Shown one piece after another: positions 12,926 to 33,000 of a DNA stretch of 64,000 nucleotides. A program made the position numbers and the translations under genes. Under the pieces are notes generated by a model. That model ran no database searches, had not been told where the DNA came from, and saw only the letters and a list, made by a program, of their open reading frames with translations. The first letter of the stretch is position 1; every line of letters starts with the position of its first letter. Source of the DNA: the human T2T-CHM13v2.0 reference genome, Homo sapiens; NCBI RefSeq assembly GCF_009914755.1, contig NC_060930.1; one strand, written 5' to 3'.

Positions 12926-14218
12926 TCCCAGAGTCCCCTCTCATGGGCACCCCCTATTTATCTGTCAGAGTCCCCTCTCATGGGCACCCCGTGTTCATCT
13001 GCCAGAATTCCACCCAACATGCACCAGGACTCTCCCTCCAGCTTTGCCCTGGCAACTCTGACTACCTGGGCATGAGGAGCCTTTTCCTAAGCTTGGTCCT
13101 GTCAGAACAAATGAAGTAGATCAAGGATGCCCCTTCAAGTTGCACTTTCTCCTTAAAGGGTCTGCCTCACCCTGAACCTCCTCGTAGATGCCTGCTCATG
13201 GCTGTGTAACAGGAGTGGGACCCGCATCACAACCTTTCCCTTGAGGGACTTTTCTTGTCTCTTCACCCGGGTTGTAGGCTCCTCAAAACAAGAACCACCT
13301 GCTCAAAGTTCCACAAATATGTTTCCTGATTGTTGATTTTGTACCTGGCATCATGCTGGGCATTGGAGACACAAAAATAAAATATATGGTCCCAGTCCTC
13401 AGGTAGCTGAGACTCTAATAGCTAAATGTATGGCCACATCTTGAATATATGAGATACTTACAACAATCTCTATGCTTAGCAAATGCTTGTGAGAAAACAA
13501 CACTCCTACAAGTGTACATTTAAGGAATTATGATTATGTGTGGTGCCTCCAAAGGGAATCTACTGGACCCTGCTCCAGGCAGGGTCTCCTGGAATGCCCA
13601 CCACTGGGGAAACAGGAGGAACTGTACATCTGTGAGCATTCTAACAGCCCCACATTTTGCTGTGCTGTCCAGCTAGGACAGCCGCTAAGGATGCTGTGTT
13701 CTGCCTAGCTATGTTGGCTGTGATGGGGACACCTCCATTCAGCCAAGTAGGATTGGAAATTTCAAAAGGTACTCTCCTAAACCAAGAGAACTGTGGGGAA
13801 ATCAACATAGTAAATACCGAAGTATAAAACCAGATGAGAAGGCCACGTAGAGATTTCTGGGTTGAGGATGAAGTAAAGCTTTGTCAGTTTTCTGGGTTGA
13901 AAAGTTTTCCTGGGCACATAGGACCTCCAGCCCTCTCCTATTCACCCTGCCTTAGAATACCCCAGCCTAGGAAGCCTTGGGTTGGCCTCAACTCAAGACC
14001 CATGAAATCCTTACCCTTCCCAGAATTTATTTGTTCATTTTCTCTGTGTGTGTGTATGTCTCTTTCTCTTTATCCACACCCACCCCATCCCCACAGCCGC
14101 AATACACACACCTTGGATGCTCCCTGATGATGTCTGGTTCTTTCAGTGAGGCAAGCCTATCCCCAGAGTTCTCCTTCTCCCTATATATATCCTTTAGACA
14201 CTTCTTGGTTCCTCCTGA

Positions 14219-15096
<878 letters not shown>

Positions 15097-15320
15097 TAGA
15101 CCCAAGCAAAAACTTCTCTGAGGCTGTGAGGTTTTGAGTCCCAGTGAACACTTAGCCTAGCCCTGATTTCCAGGCTGCAGGACACACCCAGACAAGGAAT
15201 ATCTGAACCTCTTTCTCATTCAGGAACTCATCTCCCTCAGTTTCCCCATGCTTTCTCTCACATTCATAGTGGAGCTAGCACTTTGCAAAATAGCAACATT
15301 CCTTCACTTAGGGGGCCTCA

Positions 15321-15925
<605 letters not shown>

Positions 15926-17004
15926 TAGATGGCACTTGCCAAGGCAGAAGGTACGATGCCAGGGACCAGCTACAGACAGCAGAAAGCATGGTCTGAGGGT
16001 GGGTAGCCCAGGCCCAAGAGGAGTGTCTGGGGACCAATTTTACAGGAGTGTTTTCCACACCCAGGCTCAGAGAAGACCCAGAATGTGACAGATGCCCATA
16101 CCGAGAGCAGAATGGATGAGCTAAGAACATGGCCAAGCCTGGCACAGGCCAACTTGGCACCACCATCCTGGCTCTGAGTGAGGGAGAAAGTCTAGGGCTT
16201 CAACTGGAAAGCGGCGCCCTTGACAACACCAAGGATCGGTTTGTATTTATTTACTCAGAGCAGGAGACAACTGCTGCCCTAAAAGCTCCTCTTATCTCAA
16301 GTGTTTATTTTAATTCTTCTTTCCCTGAAATTTCTTAAGAAACTTCCTTTTCGAAGTCCCACCCTTTCAAGATTAGAGCTATGTAAATAATATATACAGA
16401 GAAGAAGAGAGTGGGAGAAACACTTTAAAATGTTAGCAGTGCTTGTTTTAGTGAGGAGCAGCCAGGAATTGTTTTTCTTTTCTCTAGTTGCCAAATTCTT
16501 GTCTCGTGATTAAAGTATTTTTATAACAACAACAAAAAAAGATGTTTAAACAGAAGAAAAAATTCAAGCTATCTTGGTTGCGCCACGAAGTTGAGATTTC
16601 TGCTTCTGCTTTGGCTGGAGAGTGAGGAGAGGCAGAACATAGTAGGGGGCTGGCCTGAGGAGCATAATGACAAGACAAAGCAAAGTGGAGTGAGGATGAC
16701 AGTTCCTCTGAGCTGTCCCCTTCTGTCCTAGTGCCTTCCGAGGCTTTAGGCCCAGGGAGTTGTTTATTTTTACAGAGTCCTGGCTAAGCTGATGAAGATG
16801 AGGATGACATGGCCCACACCCCATATGGCATTTGTGGGATGATGCAGGAAAACATGAGTTGGATGGTAGAAATGTCAGAAGATTTGCAGCTGGGGAAACG
16901 ACCATATCTTAAAAGCCCAGTCTGCACAAAGGGAGGCCCCAAATAAGTGACCACAAGGCTTTGTCCTTAGGGTGTTCCCTCTAATGTTTTAAGAGCAAGT
17001 TGGA

Positions 17005-18170
<1,166 letters not shown>

Positions 18171-18273
18171 TCTGGACTCAACCAATGATCACCTGGAACT
18201 TCCTCCAGGAGGTGAGCCCTGCCCCCCTGTCCTGCCCACTCAGTCCCCTCCTGGAGCCTGGCATCTCTCTCAC

Positions 18274-18389
18274 CGTGGGGATGAACTGAATTTCATAGGC
18301 ATCCACGGGGCCAGGAGCCGGGGTCCACTCTGTCCGAACTGTTGTCTCCTCCAAGAGATGCATCCTCATGCCCTCAATGGTTGGCACCT
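18274..18389 (-). CDS. TNXB: Tenascin-X exon 4, first half of first FNIII repeat (116 nt)
   Basis: cttgggcag acceptor, gtgaga donor; EVPTIEGMRMHLLEETTVRTEWTPAPGPVDAYEIQFIPT. Confidence 0.93.
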
Positions 18390-18808
18390 CTGCCCAAGAG
18401 AATGGGTTAGGGAAAGCTGGTTAGCACAAGGCAACCACCCCCACCCACAGCCCCTTTTACTCAGGGACATCGAAGAGGCCCATCCTAACTCCCACTCCTC
18501 TCTGCTAGTGGAGAATAGCTGACAGAGGGCTGAACGGGGCTTGGATCGCCTTCACCTTCTCTCCATCTTCAGGAGCACAGAATCTCCCTAAATGCAACTA
18601 AATGGGCCCCAACCTGCTCCTCAGAGATCTGAAGGCCAGTCCTGCCCACTGGAAAGCCCCACCCCTGTGGTTCTGCTGCCCCTGGTGGGCACTGGCTCCT
18701 TGGAATGACATGCTCTCCCTCCACTCTTCCTCAGGCTCAGGTCTTCCCCATGGCTCCTGTTCACAGAATCACAGTCCCAGAGTACACTGGGGAAGGCTGC
18801 CTGCTCAC

Positions 18809-20647
18809 CTTCTCCGCAGTCTTCGCCAGCATACCCATCTTTGCAGACACAGCTGCCATCGTGACACTCTCCTCGGCCACGGCAGTCCCCTGGGCATGTC
18901 TGGATGGCACAGTCAGGGCCTCGGAAGCCCTCTACACACACACACTGGCCTGCCCGGCACAGTTCCCGGGGCCCGCAGCCTCCAGGGCAGGCGCTGGCTG
19001 GAGGCTCTTCCTGCCCGCAGTCCTCACCGCCATAGCCCACGTGGCACAGGCACACTCCTTGCACACACCGCCCACGTCCCCGGCAGTCAGCCGGGCACAT
19101 GCGGGTGGCACAGGTAGGGCCGGTGTAGCCTGGGTCGCACAGGCAGCGCCCTTCCTCACAGCGGCCCCTCCCGTGGCAGTTGGAGGGGCAGGTGCGGATG
19201 CTGCAGTCCTCACTCACGTAGCCTTCCCAACAGATGCACACACCGTCCTGGCACACGCCGTGCTGGCTGCAGTCATTCGGGCACTGCCTCACACCGCAAT
19301 CCTCGCCAGAGTAGCCGTCCTCGCACACACACCGCCCATCTAGGCACTGGCCGCGGCCTCGGCAGCCCCCGGGGCAGCTGCGCGTGCTGCAGTCTTCCCC
19401 TGAGTAGCCTGCGTCACACACGCACACGCCATCCTCGCAAAGGCCGTGCCCACGGCAGTCCCCGGGACAGCGACGGCTCCCACAGTCCTCACCGGTGAAG
19501 CCCGGGTTGCACACGCAGCGGCCATCCACGCAGCGCCCGCGCCCGCGACAGTCGCCAGGACAGGCGCGCGTGCCGCAGTCCCGGCCTGTGTACCCCGGCC
19601 AACACATGCAGCGGCCACTCTCACAGCGGCCCCGGCCACGACAGTCCCCAGGACAGCTGCGCACACCGCAGTCCTCGCCGCTGTAGCCCGCATTGCAAAC
19701 ACACACGCCGTTCTCGCAGCGCCCGCGACCTCTACAGTCGCGTGGGCAGGCGCGCGAGCCGCAATCGGTTCCAGTGTACCCCGGCCAGCACACGCAGCGG
19801 CCGTCCTCGCAGCGGCCCCTTTGGTTGCAGTCGCCAGGGCAGCTGCGCACGCCGCAGTCGTCCCCGCTGTAGCCCGTGTCGCAAATGCATTCGCCGTCCT
19901 CGCAGCGCCCGCGGCCCCGGCAGTCCCTCGGACATGTCCGCGTGCTGCAGTCCTCGCCTGTGTACCCGGGCCAGCACACGCAGCGGCCGTCCACGCAGCG
20001 CCCGCCCTCGCCACAGTCCCAGGGGCAGCTCCGCGTACCACAGTCCTCGCCAGTGTAGCCGGGGTCACACACGCAGCGCCCGTCCTTGCAGCGTCCCCGC
20101 TGGCTGCAGCCCCGAGGGCAGCTCCTCACCCCACAGTCCTCGCCAGTGTAGCCGGGGTTACACACGCAGCGCCCATTCTCACAGCGCCCCCTCTGACTGC
20201 AACCGCGAGGGCAGCTCCTCATGCCACAGTCGTCACCAGTGTAGCCTGGGTCACACACGCAGCGCCCACCCTCACAGCGTCCCCTCTGGCTGCAACCTCG
20301 AGGGCAGGAGCGCTGGCTGCAGTCGGGGCCTGAGAAGCCTGCCCGGCACACACACACGCCCTGCACGCAGCGCCCACGGCCTTGGCAGTCCCCGGGACAG
20401 GATGGCCAGCCACAGCTGGGGCCAGTGTAGCCGGGAAAGCACACGCAACGACCACGGACACAGCGACCCTGATCATTGCAGTCATCTGGGCAGGACCCCG
20501 AGGCTGAGGGTGGGGAAGAGGGAGGGATCTCAGCATCTGTGGGGTCTGAGCAGGTGGGCCCACCCCAGCCTGGCTCACAGGAACAGGTGCAGCGGCTCAG
20601 ATCAAACACACCATGGAGACTGCAGAGGGTCCGCACATCTGTCTGAC
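18809..20647 (-). CDS. TNXB: Tenascin-X exon 3, tandem EGF-like repeats (1839 nt)
   Basis: cctactccag acceptor, gtgagc donor; about 18 copies of the 31-aa CPxDCxGRGRCxxGxCxCxxGYxGEDC unit. Confidence 0.97.
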
Positions 20648-20993
20648 CTGGAGTAGGAGGGGAGAGGCAAGTCTCAGTCTCTCTCCTGGGAGAGAGGCTG
20701 AGCCTATGTAGTGCTCCTATGTGCAGGCCCCTAGCCAGGCTAGCCTCATCTCATAAGGCCATGTCTGCTCCCAGTTGCTAGTATGTGTAATGTATGCAGC
20801 CTCTCAGGGCCCTCGCATATGCTTTGGTTGACATGTAGCCCAGCTCTGCTCTCCAAGTTGTGTTCTGGGCTGCATCCACACCCCTCATGGTGAGGAAGGA
20901 GTGCCTTCTTCTAATTCATACCAAGGACCTTTATGGACTAGCAATGCCCACCCCACCCCACCTCTCCACCCTCTTCTGTGATCACCTGCTCAC

Positions 20994-21396
20994 CTGTGCC
21001 AGCTTGGGCAGAGGCAGGACAACATCCCCCAGTGCACTGTTCCTTGAGCCCCTTCACCAACTCCTCCAGGATCTCTAGACGGACCCTCAGGGCCTGTACC
21101 TCTGAAGCAAGGACTGGGGGCTCGGTGCCTGGGGGACAGCCACAGCCAGTGGAAGGGGGCAGGTTAATGCGGTGGGTGAATACCACCTGCTTCTCCCCTC
21201 CTTCCACTGTGTGCTCGTAAAGCTGAGAAGAGGGGCTTCCCACTCCAGCCCCCACTGTGTGGCCCCCTGGCTGGGGAGGGGGCCGGGGGGCTGGCAGTGT
21301 CACATTGGACCGTGAAGAGAAGGGGCCTGCTCTGGCTGTGCTCAGCAGCACCAGGAGAACCAGGCTGGAGGTTAGAGCATACTGGGCTGGCATCAT
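20994..21396 (-). CDS. TNXB: Tenascin-X exon 2 coding part: start codon, signal peptide, assembly domain (403 nt; exon begins at 21404)
   Basis: ATG at 21396, 8 nt after ttctccctgcag acceptor; hydrophobic leader; heptads LASEVQALRVRLEILEELVKGLKEQC; gtgagc donor. Confidence 0.96.
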
Positions 21397-21554
21397 TCAG
21401 GAGGCTGCAGGGAGAAAGGGTAGGTATGAGAGCAGCTTCAAAAAGGAGACAAAATGAATCCCCCCTTCTCCAGCACATACCCACGGTCCCACCACCCACA
21501 AGTAATCTACCCAACTCACATGCATGTAAAAATTCACATTCCGCCCAACCCTAA

Positions 21555-21976
<422 letters not shown>

Positions 21977-22432
21977 TCTACACTGGTCTTTTGTTTTTCC
22001 CACGAGCACTACAAGCTCTCACTACTCCAAGGGCCTTTGCATTGTGTGTTCCCTATGTCTGGGATGCTCTTCACTCTGCTCATAAAGGCTGGCTCCATCT
22101 TCAAATCTTAACTCCCAGTTAGGGCAGTCTTCCATTACTCTCTATCACAATATCCTGTTCCTGTTCTTCATGGCATTTACTGCTGCCTGAGTTATCAGTT
22201 TACTTATTACCTTTCTCTCAATGCTACAATGGGAGCTCCATGAGAACAAGGACCTCATCTATCCCAGGACTGCTGTATACTTGTGTCTGGCACATAAATG
22301 TTCTATCTGACACATCAATGTTGAATGAATTAGTGGATGAGTACCTAGGGCCAATCCTTCCCCAAACACCTGGATCCCAGCTCCTACTGTCTTCTAAGAA
22401 AAGTGCAGATTATCTTCTCCCTCTCTCTCTCA

Positions 22433-27307
<4,875 letters not shown>

Positions 27308-27399
27308 TAGAACGACCAAGTAAGTGAATTTTACTCAGTATTTTTAAAAGCTCCCCAGATGATTGTAATGTGCAACAAATTTCTACTAAATTAATAGAC

Positions 27400-28780
27400 C
27401 TACTGCTCTAGTCATCCACCTGGTACCTTCATCCAGACTTATAACTTCAATTTCCAAACTATACACCAATTTGTAAAACACCCCAGTCATCTTCCTCTCG
27501 CTCCACAGCAATATATCCACCTGCCTACTTGGCATCTCCACTTGGGCACCTCAAATTCACCATGCCTGTAACCTGAACTCACGGTCACCTTCCTGTATCC
27601 CATCCCCTCCCAGAATTCCCCATTGAAGCTCAGGACCCCACCATTCATCCAGCTTTACAAGCCAGAAACCTAATAGCCCATTCAAGGCTACCATATTTCC
27701 TTGTATCTACCTGTATTTTCTCATAAACATCTCTTTAATTCATTTCCTTCTCTCCCACTTACCTTCATTCTAATCCAAGCTTCCATCCGCCTCTTGCCTG
27801 ACAACTGCAATTGCCTCCTGGCTGCTTTTTTTTTCTTTTTTTTTGAGACAGGGTCTCACTCTGTCACCTAGGCTGGTGTGCAGTGGTGCGATCATAGCTC
27901 GCTGCAGCATTGACCTCCTGTTGCTCAAGCAATCCTCCCACCTCAGCCTCCTGAGTAGTTGGGACTACAGGTGTGTGCCATCACGCTCAGCTAATTTTTA
28001 ATTTTTTTTGCAAAGACAGGATCTTTCTATGTTGCTCGGGCTGGCCTTGAACTCTTGGACTCAAGCAATCCTCCCACCCTAGCCTCCCAATGTGCTGGGA
28101 TTACAGGCGTGAGCCACTGTGTCCAGCCCTGACCCTTCCCTCTGCTTCCACTCTTGCCCTCTACAGTCTCACAAACGCAATCAGGATGTCCCTATCCTCA
28201 AAATGCTTCAGTGTCTCCCTTCCAAATTCTCTTAGAACACTGACAAACAGCCCTACCATCATGTATCCCCTGCTCCCACTTCACCACCCATAACATTTCC
28301 CTCCCTCCCTCCATTCCAGCTCCACTGACCTTCAAGTCCCTCATACTCTCTGTGCCCATCCCCAACCCCAGATCTTTGTATACTCTGTTCCATCCGTGTG
28401 GAACACTGTTCCCTTCTCTCTTGGCCTTCTCATCCTTCAGGTCTCAGCCCGCCATTTTTTTCACAGGGAAGTTTTCCTGACCAGGTCAGGTCCTCCTATC
28501 ATGTGATATCACAGCATCATGCCATTCTCATGTGTAGCGTTTATAACAATTTGCAATCATATATAAACAAATATTTTTTTGAAGTCCAAAGTAATAATAA
28601 ATATACTGTGAGATTATTTTATTACTTTCTTGCCCACTAGACTATAAAGTCCATGAGGGCAGGCATGGCACCTATTTTTTTTTCTTGGCTGCTGTATCCC
28701 TGCATCTGGCACATAACTGGTGCTCAATAAATATTTACCGACTATATGAATGAATGAAAAGTTCAATGTAAACGCAGGAC
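27400..28780. mobile_element. L2 fragments with an inserted AluJ (27826-28128, -)
   Basis: L2 3' end motif ggtgctcaataaatattt...gaatgaatgaa near 28720. Confidence 0.65.
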
Positions 28781-28924
28781 TAGCATTAAGGCTGGAACCA
28801 AGGGCAGGACCAAGGTCAGGGCTAGGACCACGGACAGTGTCTGGGACTGGAAGTTGGTTAGACACAGCCACCAGGGCTGAGGCAGAATCAGAGGCCAGGC
28901 CAGGGAAGATCCTGGCAGGACCAG

Positions 28925-29410
28925 ATGGTACAAGCACTTTGGAAAACTGTTTGACAGAATCTACTAAATGTACTAAAGGTGAACACATGCAAACCCTATG
29001 ACCCCGCAATTCCACTCCTAGGAATATACCCAACATAGCTCATAATAGCCCCAAACTGGGAACTACTCAAACATTTCACATCAGTAGAATAAATAAATTG
29101 TGGTTTATTCACACCGTGGAATAAAATAAAGCAGGAATGAACTATAGTTATATGCAGTAGTGTGATGGATCTTACTAAGATGATGTTGAACAAAAGCCAG
29201 ACACAGGAAAGAGCATGCTGCACAGTTCTATTTATGTGAAGTTTGAGGAGAGGCAACATTAATCTGTAGTGCTCCAAGTCAGAAGTGTGATACTCTTGAG
29301 GGGGTAGTGACTAGTAGGGGCATGGGGGGGGGGGCTTCTGGGGTGCTAAAGGTGTCTTGTTTCTTGATCTGGATGACGGTTACCCAGTTGTATGTGTTTG
29401 TGGAGTTTAC
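28925..29410 (+). mobile_element. L1ME-like 3' fragment
   Basis: ccctatgaccccgcaattccactcctaggaatataccc...tttcttgatctggatgacggttac. Confidence 0.75.
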
Positions 29411-32372
29411 TGAGGCAGGGATTGGGGAGCACACAGAGACAAGAGGTGGGAGGAAAGGTGGTAGGGGGGTCCCAGGATAAGACAGGAGACAGGGCTATGG
29501 CAAACCTGAGTGTGAGGGGGCCAGTCAGGATTCAGCTAGGGTGAAGAGTTGAGGAGAGATGTTGAAAGGTGCCCAGCTCTTCCAGACCAGAGGCTGGGGA
29601 AAGGAGGAGGGCAGGGTGGGTGTGGAAATGCTGACCGGTGAGGAGTGGGGGATGTGTCACTGGTAGGCGGAGGTGACTGTGACACACACACACCTCCACC
29701 CAACACGCACACATCTTCTGGCTTTCTACTCTTAAACTTTTCTCCTGGATCAGAGAAAAAGGAGTAATTGGGGCTACCAGCCATCACATTCTGCTACCAG
29801 CCAGCAAGAGACGGAAAGGGAGCTGAACAGGGACAGAGTGTTTCCACACCAAGAGGCTCCCCACCCAAGAAAGCCCAGGCCGAGAGGCCTGGCATACAGA
29901 GAGCTGCCCTTTCCTGTCTCCCCAGCCCTTCTCTCAGCCTGGAGTGTAGCCTTGGGTAAGAGATGGGCTCTGACCGACCCTCAAATCCTGTCACTTTGTG
30001 TCTAAGGCCATGCTAATCACTCCCACACCCTGGGAATGCTTGCACAAAGATGTGTACACATGTACACTTACAAATATATTAATGTGTGCTCATCCACAAG
30101 TACAAACATACCTGCACAGACACACAAATCCACCCCCAAAACCTGCATCCTTGTAGGTACACATATGGGTGCCCATGCACACACGTGCACACACACCCAA
30201 TCTCCCCTTCAGGTTTCCTCCACACCTAGTCATTGGGTGATGCCTAAGAAGGCTGATTTCTTGTTGGCTCCGAGGGCAGCTCTGTGAGTGAAAGAACCTG
30301 GATGGTGTGAGAGGAACAAAGCAGGAGGCCCTTCCCAGTGGGAAGCAGCGGACACATGGCCTCCACCATACTTCCCCGTACCCCTGGAGGCCTCTGTGAG
30401 TTGTCCAGTGCCCCTCCCCAAATAAGTGGATTCCTCATCTTTCCCTGCACAGTGGGGGAAAGCAGAGAGGGTCTTTGCACCAGGAAGGAGTGAAGAGAGC
30501 TCACCAGCTTTTCTGGAAAGCTGGTGAGATTGGTCTAGAAGAGCAGAGCAGCCTCCATTGACCACACACCCAGAGGCTCCTTCCCAATCTCCCTCCCTGC
30601 CCTGTTGCCACCACCCAGCCCTCCAGCTCCCCATTCCAGCTCCTGGGATAATTCTGCTCTTCTCTCGGTACTGGGCAAGCAAAGAATTGGGTGTCTCTTG
30701 TGTCTCCCCTTCACCATTCCCCCTGCCACTATGTCTGGGGTGGTTCTCTGTAGTGTGTGTTTGGAGAGAGATATGGCCTCACCCTCTTGGCACCCTCCCC
30801 ACAGTTGGAGGGCTGGCAGGGATGGGGGCATCTTCCCAAACTGTGACTCAGCTTCCTGGGTATTTTGTGTTGTAGCCAACTTTGACACTTTGCTCATTAG
30901 GGACTGTATAGGTCCCAAGGGGTGGGGAGAGGGGCTGGCTTCCATAAAAGATGTTCCACAGATGGGGGTTCTGGTCCCGCCCCCATGCCTCCCTCTGACC
31001 CTCCTGCTACACCCTCAGTTGAATCTGGCAATGAGAGGTGAAGGTAGAAGGATTCTAGGAGTGAGACTAAAAAGGGAATGTGGGGGTCTCAGATATTGGG
31101 CTGGAACCAGGTAGGAAGGAGGTGTCAGGGAGGGGTAGGTTGGGGAATCCAGATACCCCTTATTCTGGGGAGCTAATCGGCCTGGGAATGGAAAAATTAA
31201 GAGAAAGGATTTCCAGGCCCCAGCTGAAAATGGTTAGGGGTGCAATGAGAGACAGGAAGGCAGTTTCTGGTCCTGCACCTAGTGGCTAGGTCTGGAGTGA
31301 GCAAAGGAAGTTTGAGGAATTGAGGTGCTGGGTCCCCAGGGACTTGAAGGCAGGGTCAGGGAAAAGAGGAGGGGCTGGAGATGCGGGAAGCAGGGGCAGG
31401 GCAGGCAGCAGCTGTGGTGTTTCCGAGTTGCTTCCCAGTAGTTCCTCTCAGTTCCACTTCCAGTTGTTTCTATGCCATTAAATTCTTTCCAGGCGAGATA
31501 AGGGGCCCGCCCTTCCCACCCGGGGCGTGTCACGTGTACTGGTGGTGGGGGGCGGGGGCGGCGAGGTGAGGGAGAGTGCGGGTTCAGACAGACAGAGGCA
31601 AGGGGAGCCTGGAAGGGGCACAGAGTGAAGACGGAGCCCCTGTGCCCCCAGAGGCATCTCTCAGCCATCCCAGCCCTGCTGAACCGTGAGTCATGAGTGC
31701 AGAGCTCTGGCCAAGAACAAGTTTTAGGATCCTCTCTGCAGGCTCTGTGCACGTCCCAGACCCGAGTCCTGACTGTCCCATTTCAGTATTTCCTAAAGAG
31801 ATCTCCCAGACCTCCCTCCCTGCAACTCTCACGCTGCCACCTAGGGAGTCCCCATTTGGATGCCCAAAGAAGCACCCTCTGGCACCTCCTGGAGCCTGGA
31901 GCCCCCAGAGCCTAGGCTCAGCTGCTCTAGCCCGACATTTGGGATTCCGCAAGCACTTTCCTTCCAAGGTTCAGCTGGCCACCAGTTCAGCCTAGTCCTA
32001 TCTTCCCGCTAGCCCCAGCACCTCCAGGGCCCAGGGGCTCACCTCACCAATAACCACCTCTACCCTGGTTCCACCATCTGACTCCCGGAGTCCCTCGGTT
32101 TGTTCCCAGCCCCTCTCAGTTGTCTGCATCCCATCCAAACCCTGACACATACTGCCCACCCCAACACACACATACCACCCTCTCCTCCCAGACACTCCTT
32201 CACAGGGAGCCTGGTTCCCAGCGAATGCTCCTATGTCCTCTGTCCTGAACAGAAGTCCTTGCTCTGGAAGCACTGCTGAGAGCTCACCTGCCACACCTTC
32301 ACCTGGGGCATGGGGATAGGCGAGAAATCCCTTGCCTCTCCTTCTGGGTCTCCCCAGAACTCTGTTCCTTAC

Positions 32373-32530
32373 CTGGGCAACCGAGCAGCTGCAGTGCCTC
32401 TGCACCTGCTCTGTCCCCAACCCCGGGAGGGCGGCGTCTCAGGGCAGGACAGGGAAGTCTCCCTCACTTGTCCCCTGCAACAGGGGCTGAGCCACAACCG
32501 ACTGTGGATCTCGGCAGCGACAGTGAGGAG
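32373..32530 (-). other. TNXB: TNXB non-coding exon 1
   Basis: Strong donor CCAG|gtaagg at 32373 in a CpG-enriched patch; matches the known untranslated first exon about 11 kb upstream of exon 2; 5' end approximate. Confidence 0.75.
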
Positions 32531-33000
32531 GGAGTCTGCAGCGAGCAGGGGAGGAGAAGGGGAGGACCAGGATGAGGTCAGGGAGGGGAGCGGAGATAGG
32601 GCAGGTCCTCCCACCCCTCCCAGGCCCTCCCACATGCCACCCCTCCTCTTCTCCTGCCCCCACCCCAGCCCCCACTCCCTGTCTAGCATCACTGTCTCAC
32701 CATACCCTCATCTCAACCCCCAGCCCCGGTCTTACCTCCCACGTCCTTTCCCTATGCCATTTTTAGCTCACCCTAATTTTTGCCCAACTTGACACCCCCC
32801 ACCCTTCCTGCCATTTCTTTTTTCCCCACCATTTCTCCACCTGCTGCCCCTCCTCTCTGACCCCAGTGGTTTCCTCTCAGCCTATATCCTTCCTCATGGC
32901 CAGCCCCCTTCCCCTCCCTCCCCCATGCTCCTCTCCCATCTCTTCCCAGCCACTGCTCTAGCTTGGATCTCTGGATCGCACCCCATGTCTATCACCCAGT
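32531..33000 (-). promoter_or_regulatory. TNXB principal promoter (TATA-less, GC/GT boxes)
   Basis: Multiple GGGGAGGGG / CCCCACCCC Sp/KLF-type elements immediately upstream of exon 1. Confidence 0.55.

Noticed and set aside
19000-20400. Regularly spaced direct repeats superficially resembling a CRISPR array
   Set aside because: Human DNA; the repeats are in-frame EGF codons with no unique spacers.
18602-20656. Long alternative-frame and antisense ORFs (up to 304 aa) over the EGF exon
   Set aside because: Explained by the 93-bp periodic, GC-rich EGF repeat.
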